NCBI GenBank assembly: GCA_003552785.1
Contig: PUOQ01000064.1
Coordinates: 1-34,625 of the forward strand
Reading direction: 5' to 3'
Origin: Dehalococcoidia bacterium
GTDB taxonomy: Bacteria; Chloroflexota; Dehalococcoidia; Dehalococcoidales; CSSed11-197
DNA length: 34,625 bases
Shown here: piece by piece, positions 18,310 through 28,134 of the stretch
Layout of the letters: every line of letters begins with the position of its first letter
Numbering within the stretch: position 1 is the first letter of the stretch
Notes under the pieces: generated by a model
Told to the model about the DNA's origin: nothing
The model's database searches: none
Seen by the model: only the letters and a program-made list of their open reading frames with translations
Position numbers and translations under genes: made by a program

Positions 18310-19855
18310 TAAACCAGAAAATAAAGCAGGCAAAGTTTACCTGGTCGGGGCCGGCCCAGGGGATCCGGGGCTAATGACAGTAAAAGCGCTGGAATTGCTG
18401 AAAAAGGCAGACTCCGTTGTTTATGACCGCCTGGTGGATATAAATATCGGTGACTATGTTGAATCAGGCACAGAGTTGATTTTTGCCGGAAAGGCGCCTG
18501 ACAGGCATACATTGAAGCAAACGGAAATCAATCAACTTTTAGGCAGTCTTGCCATGCAGGGTAAAACTGTCGTAAGGCTTAAAGGGGGAGACCCTTTCGT
18601 ATTGGGGCGAGGTGGTGAAGAAGCAGAGCACCTGAAATCTTTAGGGATTAAATTTGAAGTTGTGCCGGGGGTGACTTCTGCTGTAGCTGCTCCGGCCTAT
18701 GCCGGCATTCCCGTTACCCACAGAGGGCTGGCTTCATCTTTTGCTGTGATAACCGGGCATGAAGATCCGGATAAGGAAATTTCCAGTATTAATTGGGGAA
18801 AACTGGCAACTGGTGCAGATACTCTGGTATTTCTGATGGCCATGGCGCGCATGGGTCAAATTACAAAAAGACTAATGGAAAACGGTCTGGCAGGAGACAC
18901 GCCGGCAGCGGTAATAAAAGATGGAACTAGGCCATCACAAAAAGTTATTTGTGCAACCCTGGAAACCATCTCAGAAGCGGTAAGAAAGTTTGAAGTCGGC
19001 CCTCCGGCTGTTTTAATAGTTGGCCGGGTAGCCGGTCTGCGTAATTCTTTAGAGTGGTTTGACAACCGGCCATTATTTTCTAAAAAAATACTGGTAACAC
19101 GTTCCAGGCATCAGGCGAGCCGTCTGAGCAGGGTTCTTTTTGAAGCAGGGGCAATTCCGGTTGAGCAACCGGCCATTGAAATAGAACCTTTTAAAAATAC
19201 AGAACGTCTCGACAAAGCTATCAAGTCAATTCAAAAATATCAGTGGGTGGTTTTCACCAGCGTTAACGGGGTTTCAATATTTTTTAAACGCCTTTCGGAG
19301 TTGGGGTATGATTCCCGAAAACTGAACGACCTTCGTGTCGGTGCCATTGGTCCGGCAACGGCCAGCCTTTTGCTTGAACACGGTATTTCCCCGGACTATA
19401 TGCCACAGGAGTATACAGGCAGTGCTTTTATTAAGAATCTTGATAAAAACATGGTTAAAGGTCAGTTTTTTCTGTTGCCCCGAGCAAAAGCAGCTGATGA
19501 TGAAGTTCCCATGGGCATAGAATCACTGGGAGGTCAGGTTGATGACGTACCGATTTACGATACCGTTCCGAGTAGAAAAACATTGCAAAAAATTAAACTT
19601 ATGCTGGAACAAAAGCAAATCGATGTAGCTACATTTGCGAGTTCTTCAACTGTTACCAACCTCTTGGGAGCTCTGGGTAGCCAGGCACAGGATCTATTGG
19701 AAGGGGTGGACATAGCTTGCATCGGGCCAAAAACGACCGCAACAGCTCAAAAAGCCGGGCTCAGTGTAAAAATCATAGCGCGTGAAAGCACGATACCCGG
19801 GCTGGTTCGGGCCATGGAAGAATACTATGACAGGAGGAGTTCTTATGGCAGCTGA
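18302..19855 (+). CDS. cobA: Fused uroporphyrinogen-III C-methyltransferase / uroporphyrinogen-III synthase (CobA-HemD)
   Basis: VYLVGAGPGDPGL, RLKGGDPFV and VPGVTS, then a HemD domain (ILVTR, FTSVNGV, AIGPAT, FASSSTV, CIGPKT). Confidence 0.94.
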   Translation: MDNKPENKAGKVYLVGAGPGDPGLMTVKALELLKKADSVVYDRLVDINIGDYVESGTELIFAGKAPDRHTLKQTEINQLLGSLAMQGKTVVRLKGGDPFVLGRGGEEAEHLKSLGIKFEVVPGVTSAVAAPAYAGIPVTHRGLASSFAVITGHEDPDKEISSINWGKLATGADTLVFLMAMARMGQITKRLMENGLAGDTPAAVIKDGTRPSQKVICATLETISEAVRKFEVGPPAVLIVGRVAGLRNSLEWFDNRPLFSKKILVTRSRHQASRLSRVLFEAGAIPVEQPAIEIEPFKNTERLDKAIKSIQKYQWVVFTSVNGVSIFFKRLSELGYDSRKLNDLRVGAIGPATASLLLEHGISPDYMPQEYTGSAFIKNLDKNMVKGQFFLLPRAKAADDEVPMGIESLGGQVDDVPIYDTVPSRKTLQKIKLMLEQKQIDVATFASSSTVTNLLGALGSQAQDLLEGVDIACIGPKTTATAQKAGLSVKIIARESTIPGLVRAMEEYYDRRSSYGS

Positions 19856-20828
19856 TTTTCCCCGGTTGAGACTTCGTCGCCTGCGTACAGGTCAGGCCAT
19901 GCGCAACCTGACCAGGGAAACCAGTTTATGCGTTGAAAATCTGGTTTGCCCCATATTTTTAGTGGAGGGTGCAGGGCGCCTGGAAGAAATAGAATCGATG
20001 CCAGGAATATACCGTTTTTCCATAGATATGCTGGAGCCGGAAATAAAGCAGGTTTCCAAACTTGGGATACAAGCGTTATTGCTTTTTGGTGTTCCCCATG
20101 CTACAGATGAAACCGGTAGCGGGGCTTACACAGAAAATAATTTGATACAGCAAGGTATAAAAGAAATTAAAAACATCAATTCAGACCTGGTTGTAATAAC
20201 CGATGTTTGCCTGTGTGAGTACACTACTCACGGCCACTGCGGAGTTATAGTAAATGGCAACATAGACAACGATGCCACCCTGCCATTGCTGGGTAAAATG
20301 GCACTCTCTCACGCTGAAGCGGGTGCTGATATGGTTGCTCCTTCAGACATGATGGACGGCAGGATAGGATACATAAGAAAGACGCTTGACGCCCATGGCT
20401 TTACCAACCTGCCAATAATGGCATACTCGGCCAAATTTGCCTCATCGTTTTATGGCCCCTTCCGGGAAGCCTGTATGTCGTGCCCTTCCTTCGGAGATCG
20501 TGCAAGTTATCAGATGCAGTATACAAATTCAAGGGAGGCACTGAGGGAAATAGCCCAAGACGTCAAAGAAGGGGCTGATATAATAATGGTTAAGCCGGCA
20601 CTTTCATTTCTTGATGTAATTAACCGGGCTCGTTCATCTTTTAATCTGCCATTGGCTGCATATAATGTGAGTGGCGAGTATTCAATGTTAAAACTGGGCT
20701 CAAAAAATGGTTTGTTTGAAGAAAAGAAGGTTATCCTGGAAGTGCTAACGTCTATAAAAAGGGCGGGAGCAGACATAATAATTACTTATCACGCGAAAGA
20801 AGCTGCCGGCTGGCTTAAACAAAAATGA
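19845..20828 (+). CDS. hemB: Porphobilinogen synthase (Zn-type ALA dehydratase)
   Basis: RLRRLR, DVCLCEYTTHGHCG, APSDMMDGR, FYGPFR, MVKP and YNVSGEY. Start ATG 19845 follows AGGAGG. Confidence 0.95.
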   Translation: MAADFPRLRLRRLRTGQAMRNLTRETSLCVENLVCPIFLVEGAGRLEEIESMPGIYRFSIDMLEPEIKQVSKLGIQALLLFGVPHATDETGSGAYTENNLIQQGIKEIKNINSDLVVITDVCLCEYTTHGHCGVIVNGNIDNDATLPLLGKMALSHAEAGADMVAPSDMMDGRIGYIRKTLDAHGFTNLPIMAYSAKFASSFYGPFREACMSCPSFGDRASYQMQYTNSREALREIAQDVKEGADIIMVKPALSFLDVINRARSSFNLPLAAYNVSGEYSMLKLGSKNGLFEEKKVILEVLTSIKRAGADIIITYHAKEAAGWLKQK

Positions 20829-20838
20829 AAGGAGGAAT

Positions 20839-22125
20839 ATGTCCAGATACAAAGTTTCCGATGAATTATTTGAAAAAGCATTACAGGCCATTCCTGGAGG
20901 TGTAAACAGCCCGGTGAGGGCCTTTAAGAATGTCGGCAAAAACCCTTTGTTCATAAAAAATGGGAGCGGTTCCCGTATAACCGATGTCGATGGCAATGAA
21001 TACATAGATTATGTTTGTTCATGGGGGCCCCTGATACTAGGTCATTCTCATCCGGAAGTCATCACTGAAATCAGGCGTGAGATAGAAAATGGCATTAGCT
21101 TTGGTGCGCCTTGCCTGAAGGAGCTTGAGCTGTCAGAGTTTATCGTAAAAGCAGTGCCTTCCATTGAAAACATTCGATTGGTAAATTCGGGTACAGAGGC
21201 GACCATGTCAGCATTGCGCCTGGCAAGGGCTTTTACAGGGAGAGATAAAATTGTCAAATTCTCGGGGTGCTATCATGGTCACGCTGATGGTTTGCTTGTA
21301 AAAGCAGGCTCAGGAGTGGCCACCGCCGGGCTGCCCGATTCACCAGGAGTTCCAAAAAGCTATACTAAACACACATTGATCGCTCCTTACAATAATCTCA
21401 AAGCAACAACCGAGCTTTTTGAACATTACCCCGGGAGCATTGCAGCTATCATTGTAGAGCCGGTTGCGGCAAATATGGGTGTGGTTAAGCCCGAGCCGGG
21501 TTTCCTGGAGGGGTTGAGGCAGCTGGCTACAGCCTACGGGGCCGTTCTAATCTTCGATGAAGTTATCACCGGGTTCCGTTTGAGCTTTGGCGGGGCTCAG
21601 CAAGCAACAGGGGTTATACCTGATTTAACTTGTCTGGGTAAAATAATAGGGGGCGGCCTGTCCGTTGGCGCTTATGGAGGTAAAAAAGAGATTATGCAAA
21701 TGGTAGCGCCTCAGGGAGCTGTCTATCAAGCCGGTACACTGTCAGGCAACCCGGTAGCAGCGACTGCAGGGCTGGCAACACTTAAAGTGCTGGCTCAGAA
21801 AGGAATTTACGAAGAGCTTCAGCAAAAAACAGATCGCCTGGAGGAAGGAATCAATAACCTTTTAAGACAAACTTCTGGTGAATTTTGCCTTAATCGCATT
21901 GGTTCTTTACTGACACTTTTCTTTACCTTGAAAAAAGTCAATGATTTTGAGAGTGCTTCTTCATCAAATATGCACTCCTTTATGGGTTTCCATCAGAGCC
22001 TTTTAGGGCAGGGCATTTACTGGCCTCCTTCTCAATTCGAGGCAGCGTTCATTTCTCTTGCGTTAACCAATGAAGATATTGATAAGACACTAAAAGCTAT
22101 GGAGAAAGCTTTAGCTTTCGCCTGA
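20839..22125 (+). CDS. hemL: Glutamate-1-semialdehyde 2,1-aminomutase
   Basis: PGGVNSPVRAF, SWGPLILGH, NSGTEATM, YHGH, FDEVITGFR, LGKIIGGG and YQAGTLSGNP. Confidence 0.96.
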   Translation: MSRYKVSDELFEKALQAIPGGVNSPVRAFKNVGKNPLFIKNGSGSRITDVDGNEYIDYVCSWGPLILGHSHPEVITEIRREIENGISFGAPCLKELELSEFIVKAVPSIENIRLVNSGTEATMSALRLARAFTGRDKIVKFSGCYHGHADGLLVKAGSGVATAGLPDSPGVPKSYTKHTLIAPYNNLKATTELFEHYPGSIAAIIVEPVAANMGVVKPEPGFLEGLRQLATAYGAVLIFDEVITGFRLSFGGAQQATGVIPDLTCLGKIIGGGLSVGAYGGKKEIMQMVAPQGAVYQAGTLSGNPVAATAGLATLKVLAQKGIYEELQQKTDRLEEGINNLLRQTSGEFCLNRIGSLLTLFFTLKKVNDFESASSSNMHSFMGFHQSLLGQGIYWPPSQFEAAFISLALTNEDIDKTLKAMEKALAFA

Positions 22126-22212
22126 AAATCAAAACTTTATTTCAGGTATAATTAAGAGCCGTGTTGTTACAAAATACATACTCTTTTAGCAACCGGGGAT
22201 AAGTGATTAAAG

Positions 22213-24906
22213 ATGCAAAAGAAAGACCAGATTAATTTTCAAGATTTGGTTGAGAATTTAAATGAAATTGTATATGTACTGGATACAAAGGCAAGGATAC
22301 AATATGTTTCCCCCAGTGTTAAAGATATTGCCGGTTACCTTCCTGAAGAAATAACAGGCAAGAGCTTTGTAGATATTGTCCACCCTGAAGACAAAGCCGG
22401 CCGAATAGATAATTTTAAAAAAGCATTGGCAGGCAAAGCTGAGGCTACTGAATACCGCTTTGTAAAAAAGAACGGTGATGCCGCGTGGGTAAGAACCCAG
22501 GCAAAACCGGTTATAAAAAACGGGCGGCTAGTTGGCATACAGGGAACCCTTGTCGATATCACTGAAAAGAAAAAGCTGGAACATGAACTCATTCAGAAGA
22601 CCCGGGAATATGAAAGCATATTTAACAGCGCCCAATCTGCCATTTTTCTGGTTAATGTCATTGATGAAAAAACCTTCCGTTATGTGAGAAGTAATAATGC
22701 CCATCAAGTTGCCACTGGTTTTTCACCGGAAGACCTGAAGGGTAAAACCCCCCGGGAATTAATGGGCGAAAAGCTCGGCGGCGAAATAGCCCAGAAGTAT
22801 CTAAGTTGTGTTTCATCCCGAAAACCGGTGGCCTACGAGGAAACTTTAAGCCTGCCTGCGGGCACCAGAACCTGGATTACAAAACTAACCCCTGTAACAG
22901 GCCAGGATAACCAGGTGGTTTACATTGTAGGGTCCAGCGTAGATATAACCGAGCGCAAGCATGCGGAAGAAGCTCTAAGGGAGAGCGAAGCAAAATACCG
23001 CCGCATCGCTGAGAATATGGCAGACGTGGTGTGGACAGCAGATTTGAATCTTAACATCAATTATGTGAGCCCTTCGGTTGAAAAATTGGTGGGGGAACCT
23101 GCAGGGAAGTATCGAGCAATGACCATGGAGGAGAGGTTTACTACGGATTCACTCAACAGTATTTACAAAGTGCTTGGTGAAGAGCTTGAAAACGAGAAGA
23201 ACCCGAATTGTGACAAGGAAAGAACACGAATGCTGGAACTTGAGCATTACCATGCAGATGGAAGTACGTTTCGGGCTTCCATGCATGTTTCTTTTATCAG
23301 GGATAAAGAGGGAAAACCGGTAGGCATCCAGGGTATAACCAGAGACATAGACGAACTCCATAAGGCCAGACAGGAAATTGCTCGGCAGGCATATGAGTAT
23401 GAAACTGTTTTTCGCGGCACCCAGTCAGCAATGTTTTTGGTAGAAGTTGCCGGGAATGGAGTTTTCCGGTTTCTGAGGAACAATCAGGCTCATCAAGAAG
23501 CTACAGGAATACCCCTTGGGCAGTTGCAGGGAAAAACACCGCAGGAGCTTTTAGGTAATGAGGAAGGCACAGAAATATCTCAAAAATATCAATCTTGTGT
23601 TGACTCTGGAAAATCTGTCTCTTACGAAGAAACACTTGAGTTGCCAGGCGGCACCAAAACCTGGCACACGAAGCTTTCACCTGTTTTTAGTGAAAACAAT
23701 ACGGTTACTTACATAGTTGGTTCAAGTGAAGATATCACCGAGCGCAAGCAATTGGAAGCCGAACAGCAGGAATTAAGGCAAAGGGCTGAAATATCAAGCC
23801 GCCTGGCAGCCGTGGGTGAAATGGCCGCCGGAATCGCCCATGAAATTAACAATCCCTTAACCAGTGTTCTTGGGTTTTCAGAGCTGCTTGCCGAAGAAGA
23901 ACTTCCTCCGGAAACCAGGCAACATGTCAAACACATTGTTGACGGTTCAAAAAGGGTTAAAAGTATTGTGCAGCGCATGCTAACCTTTGCCCGGCAGCAC
24001 AAACCCTTTAAAACCACGACCGGCATTCACGGCCTGATTGATAATACCCTGGATATGCGCAGTTACGTTTTAAAGACTGCAAATATTGAAGTTATCAAAG
24101 AATATGACCCCGGGCTTCCCTGGGTTACTGTTGATCCGGGCCAGATGCAGCAGGTGTTTTTGAATCTGCTAATTAACGCTGAACATGCCATTAAAGAAGC
24201 GGGGAGAGCCAGGGGCATCATCCGCATCAGCACCTGCGCAGACAGCAATAATTTATGCATAAGGTTTAATGATAACGGTACCGGCATGACTGAAGAAACC
24301 AGGGCCAGGATATTTCAACCCTTCTTCACCACCAAGGACCCCGGGGAGGGTACGGGCCTGGGCACATCGCTGGCACATTCCATAATAGTTGACCAAGGTG
24401 GTGCGATAGAAGTTGAAAGCAAACCCGGTGAGGGCTCTACTTTCATAATCAGGCTGCCGCTAAAACAAGAGGAACCGGCAAGAAAGCTGGGCCAGGCTGA
24501 AGCAGCACCTGCGCCTGAACCGGCAACAACGGGCGGTAATATTCTTGTAGTCGATGATGAACCATCAATAAGAGCACTGATAAAACGAACTCTCATTTCT
24601 GATGGCCATACCGTCACAGAAGCAGAAAGCGCTGATAGCGCCCTTGAACAGATTAAGAAAAACGACTTTGATGTAATACTTATGGATATACGCATGCCCG
24701 GTGTTAGCGGCAAAGAATTATACGAAATACTCGTTACACATAAACCCCATATCTCAAAGCAAATAATCTTTATAACCGGGGACGCTTCAGATGCTGATAC
24801 ACAAAACTTCTTGAAAAAAGAAAAACCTCATTATATAACCAAGCCTTTTGACAGAGCTGAAATCATTGGTAGGGTAAATAAGATTATTGCAAGTTCACCT
24901 CTGTAG
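22213..24906 (+). CDS. Cytoplasmic hybrid sensor histidine kinase (4 PAS/PAC - HisKA - HATPase - REC)
   Basis: Four PAS units ending in DITE/DIDE, H-box AHEINNPL, N-box NLLINA, DNGTG, FFTTK and GTGLG. Receiver motifs VVDDE, DIRMP and KPF. No TM segment. Confidence 0.93.
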   Translation: MQKKDQINFQDLVENLNEIVYVLDTKARIQYVSPSVKDIAGYLPEEITGKSFVDIVHPEDKAGRIDNFKKALAGKAEATEYRFVKKNGDAAWVRTQAKPVIKNGRLVGIQGTLVDITEKKKLEHELIQKTREYESIFNSAQSAIFLVNVIDEKTFRYVRSNNAHQVATGFSPEDLKGKTPRELMGEKLGGEIAQKYLSCVSSRKPVAYEETLSLPAGTRTWITKLTPVTGQDNQVVYIVGSSVDITERKHAEEALRESEAKYRRIAENMADVVWTADLNLNINYVSPSVEKLVGEPAGKYRAMTMEERFTTDSLNSIYKVLGEELENEKNPNCDKERTRMLELEHYHADGSTFRASMHVSFIRDKEGKPVGIQGITRDIDELHKARQEIARQAYEYETVFRGTQSAMFLVEVAGNGVFRFLRNNQAHQEATGIPLGQLQGKTPQELLGNEEGTEISQKYQSCVDSGKSVSYEETLELPGGTKTWHTKLSPVFSENNTVTYIVGSSEDITERKQLEAEQQELRQRAEISSRLAAVGEMAAGIAHEINNPLTSVLGFSELLAEEELPPETRQHVKHIVDGSKRVKSIVQRMLTFARQHKPFKTTTGIHGLIDNTLDMRSYVLKTANIEVIKEYDPGLPWVTVDPGQMQQVFLNLLINAEHAIKEAGRARGIIRISTCADSNNLCIRFNDNGTGMTEETRARIFQPFFTTKDPGEGTGLGTSLAHSIIVDQGGAIEVESKPGEGSTFIIRLPLKQEEPARKLGQAEAAPAPEPATTGGNILVVDDEPSIRALIKRTLISDGHTVTEAESADSALEQIKKNDFDVILMDIRMPGVSGKELYEILVTHKPHISKQIIFITGDASDADTQNFLKKEKPHYITKPFDRAEIIGRVNKIIASSPL

Positions 24907-25179
24907 TTTTTTGCATTTGAGAAAGAGCATTACCAATTGCCAGTTAATTTGATATCCAGCTTTATTTATGATTGCAACCTTGATTATTGACATGTGCAAA
25001 GTGGTGCTCGGTACTCATATTTTAATAAACAATAAACAAGATTCTGAGGTTTTTCTGAGGGATTTTAGAAATATAAGCTTTAGTTGTAAATTTTAGCTTA
25101 AGAGTTAACAGAAGCAGGGCAAGCGGTATTAAATACAACTCTCGACTGATTTTCAGCAAATCTGGCAGGAGGCAATATG

Positions 25180-25188
25180 TGATATAAT
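25180..25188 (+). promoter_or_regulatory. Extended -10 element (TGnTATAAT) just upstream of the ATG, suggesting a leaderless transcript
   Basis: TGATATAAT at 25180-25188, ATG at 25197, and no SD sequence in between. Confidence 0.5.
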
Positions 25189-25196
25189 TCCCAGCT

Positions 25197-26207
25197 ATGA
25201 CTGTGGCGGTGACCGGTGCATCCGGACATATTGGAGCCAGCCTGGTTAGAGATCTGCTGTCGCAGGGCAGGCGGGTTCGTGTACTGGTGCATACAGACCG
25301 GAGGGCTCTGGAAGGCCTTGATGTTGAAGTTGTATCAGGTGACATATGTGACCTGGACTATCTTAAAGCCAGCTTCTCTAATATCGAAACAGTCTACCAT
25401 CTGGCAGCAGTAGTATCCATCTACGGCAACAAATGGCCTTTATTTGAAAACGTGAATGTTGAGGGCACCAGGAATGTGGTGCAGGCATGTCTGGACTGCG
25501 GTGTAAAGAGACTTGTCCATTTCAGCTCAATTCATGCTATTTCCCAGCAACCTCTTGACATGCCTGTCGATGAAACAAGCCCTCTGGTGCCATGCAGGCG
25601 TTACATGCCTTATGACAGCTCCAAGGCCGAATCTGAAAAAGAAATATACAAGGGCATTCAGCAGGGGTTGGACAGCGTCATTCTCAGCCCGACTGGAGTA
25701 CTGGGCCCGTATGACTTTAAGCCTTCCCTTACCGGAGAAGTGCTCCTGAAGATGGCACGGGGCACCCTTCCCGGCCTGGTGAATGGTGGCTTCGACTGGG
25801 TTGATGTCCGTGACATAACCCGGGCGGCAGTTCGGGCAGAACAGACAGCACCTGCCGGCGTCAGATACATCCTTTCAGGGCACTGGGCATCCGTTAAAGA
25901 GCTGGCAATGCTGGTTGAAGAAATAACCGGAACTCCGGCTCCCGGTCGGGTTTACCCCCTGTGGCTGGCAGCCCTTGCAGCCCCTGCTATCACTTTCCTT
26001 GACCGCATTTCAGGCAGGAGGCCTCTTTATACCAGTGCTTCACTCAAGGCACTTCACTCCAACTGCCATATCAGCCATGACAAGGCCAGCCGGGAATTGG
26101 GCTTTAGCCCCCGTCCTTTGAAGGAAACCGTAGCAGACTCCCTGTTGTGGTTTAAACAAAACGGCTGGTTGAATAGCACCCAAAAAAAGATAAAGGCTGA
26201 ATCATGA
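25197..26207 (+). CDS. Extended SDR, NAD-dependent epimerase/dehydratase (3-beta-HSD/DFR/HpnA-like)
   Basis: TGASGHIG, YHLAA, NVEGT, HFSS and catalytic YDSSK. Confidence 0.9.
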   Translation: MTVAVTGASGHIGASLVRDLLSQGRRVRVLVHTDRRALEGLDVEVVSGDICDLDYLKASFSNIETVYHLAAVVSIYGNKWPLFENVNVEGTRNVVQACLDCGVKRLVHFSSIHAISQQPLDMPVDETSPLVPCRRYMPYDSSKAESEKEIYKGIQQGLDSVILSPTGVLGPYDFKPSLTGEVLLKMARGTLPGLVNGGFDWVDVRDITRAAVRAEQTAPAGVRYILSGHWASVKELAMLVEEITGTPAPGRVYPLWLAALAAPAITFLDRISGRRPLYTSASLKALHSNCHISHDKASRELGFSPRPLKETVADSLLWFKQNGWLNSTQKKIKAES

Positions 26208-26965
26208 CAGAACAGGTTATTTTTAATTACCTTTTAGTCGCCTGGTTTCTACTGGCAGGCACGGTATTTATACTATTGTTCTTCATTTCTGCTCCATATG
26301 GCCGCCACCTGCGCAAAGGATGGGGCTTGAATATAAACCCAAAAACTGGCTGGGTGGTGATGGAAGCGCCTGCAGTGCTGGTTTTTGCCGCCTGCTTTAT
26401 ATTTGGCAGCGCGCCGTATTCGTTTGCTGTGCTGGCTTTCTTTTTCATGTGGCAGGCCCACTATGTACACAGGGCTTTTGTGTATCCTTTAGAAATTGGC
26501 AGATCAAGCAGGAGAATGCCTCTTCTCATCGTGGGCTTTGGTTTTACTTTCAGTGTTATAAATGCCTATCTAAACGGGCGGTACCTGTTTACTTTTTCAG
26601 GTGGTTATGCTTCTGATTGGCTTGGTGACCCGCGGTTTGTGGTTGGAGTTATTCTCTTTGGCCTGGGTTATATAATAAACAGACGTTCTGACGGTATTTT
26701 ATTAAACATGAGAAAGAACGGCATTTCAGGTTATTCCATCCCGGAAGGGGGGCTTTATCGCTGGGTTTCCTGCCCAAACTACCTGGGCGAGGTGATAATA
26801 TGGACGGGGTGGGCGGTTGCCACCTGGTCTTTACCCGGGCTGGCGTTTGCTTTATGGACGATAGCCAACCTGGTTCCCAGGGCAAGGGCGCACCATGCGT
26901 GGTACAGGAAAAACATGCCTGATTATCCACCGGAGCGCAAGGCGCTTCTTCCCCGGTTATGGTAG
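26204..26965 (+). CDS. 3-oxo-5-alpha-steroid 4-dehydrogenase (steroid 5-alpha-reductase, SRD5A/DET2 family)
   Basis: APYGRH, MEAPA, HYVHR..YP, SD.IL..MR, Y.IPEGGL..VSCPNYLGE, NLVPRA.AHH.WY and YP.ERKAL.P. Confidence 0.9.
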   Translation: MTEQVIFNYLLVAWFLLAGTVFILLFFISAPYGRHLRKGWGLNINPKTGWVVMEAPAVLVFAACFIFGSAPYSFAVLAFFFMWQAHYVHRAFVYPLEIGRSSRRMPLLIVGFGFTFSVINAYLNGRYLFTFSGGYASDWLGDPRFVVGVILFGLGYIINRRSDGILLNMRKNGISGYSIPEGGLYRWVSCPNYLGEVIIWTGWAVATWSLPGLAFALWTIANLVPRARAHHAWYRKNMPDYPPERKALLPRLW

Positions 26966-27035
26966 CCTGAAAAAAGCAAGCTTTGGCAACTCTAAAGCGG
27001 AACACATTATTGGAAAATCAGGGGGGGCTGGATTA

Positions 27036-28016
27036 ATGAAGCTCTGGAAGCCGGAAGTTTATCAGGGGCGGCGAAAAATGCGGGCGTATTTTGAAGGCTG
27101 GTATTATAAAATGGTGGATGGCAGGGGCCGGAATGTCGTTGCCATCATACCGGGAGTTTCATTTGAGAAAGACGGTTCAGCGCACGCTTTCATACAGGTT
27201 GCCGGTTCCGGCACCGGGCCGGCATTATATTTCAAGTACCCTTTAGAAGCCTTCCGTTATTCAGAAAAGATTCTCGATGTAACAATTGGAGGCTCTACCT
27301 TTAAAAGAGAAGGGCTGGATATAAATGCTTGCAGTGATATAAACCAGATTACCGGAAGCCTGAAATTCTCCGGTTTGAGCCCCTGGCCTGTTAAACCAGG
27401 CAGCCCCGGGGCTATGGGCTGGTATGCTTTTGTACCTTTTATGCAGTGTTATCACGGTGTAGTGAGCATGGACCACGAGATTTATGGCAGTATCAGCATA
27501 AACGGCAAAAGTATAAATATGGACGGTGGCCGCGGGTATATAGAAAAAGACTGGGGCAAATCTTTTCCCAGGTACCATATATGGATGCAAACCAATCACT
27601 TCGATGTCGGCGGTGCGTCACTTATGTGCTCAATAGCCAATATACCCTGGATGAAAAGGCACTTTGACGGGTTTATAGCCGGATTTTTACTAAACGGCAG
27701 CTTGCACCGTTTTGCAACCTATACCGGGGCAAGGCTGGCCGAGCTGGAGATAAAGGCGGATTCTGTTTCTATTGCCATAGAAGCAAGAAATCACATACTG
27801 GAAATACACACCCCGAGACAAGGAGGCATAGAGCTGGCTGCGCCTGCATCTGGAGAGATGATTGGCAAGCTTCGAGAAAGCCTCAAAGCCGTTATTGATG
27901 TAAAACTTTTCGCAAATAATTCAAGTGGCAAGGTGCTGTTGTTTGAAGGAACTGGCAGTAACGCTGGCCTTGAGATTGCGGGTAATATAGAACAAATGAA
28001 AAATATCACGCGTTAG
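27036..28016 (+). CDS. Tocopherol cyclase family protein
   Basis: YFEGWYYK, MGWYAFVPFMQCYHGV, GYIEKDWGKSFP and W.Q.NHF. Start at ATG 27036. Confidence 0.85.
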   Translation: MKLWKPEVYQGRRKMRAYFEGWYYKMVDGRGRNVVAIIPGVSFEKDGSAHAFIQVAGSGTGPALYFKYPLEAFRYSEKILDVTIGGSTFKREGLDINACSDINQITGSLKFSGLSPWPVKPGSPGAMGWYAFVPFMQCYHGVVSMDHEIYGSISINGKSINMDGGRGYIEKDWGKSFPRYHIWMQTNHFDVGGASLMCSIANIPWMKRHFDGFIAGFLLNGSLHRFATYTGARLAELEIKADSVSIAIEARNHILEIHTPRQGGIELAAPASGEMIGKLRESLKAVIDVKLFANNSSGKVLLFEGTGSNAGLEIAGNIEQMKNITR

Positions 28017-28048
28017 GTGGTGGGCCCGGCAAGGAGCAATGTCCGGCA

Positions 28049-28090
28049 AAATACGGCAAGCATAAAAACGTTCTTGCCGTATTTATTATA
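28049..28090 (+). terminator. Hairpin, putative terminator after the SDR/SRD5A/cyclase operon
   Basis: aaatacggcaag (28049-60) pairs with cttgccgtattt (28073-84), followed by an AT-rich tail. Confidence 0.6.
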
Positions 28091-28134
28091 CAGGCCCGCT
28101 TTTTTTGCAGGGCCTTGGTAATATTTATAATTCA

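Noticed and set aside
27036-28016. Vitamin E biosynthesis
   Set aside because: No homogentisate prenyltransferase, HPPD or methyltransferase is nearby, and family membership alone does not give the substrate.
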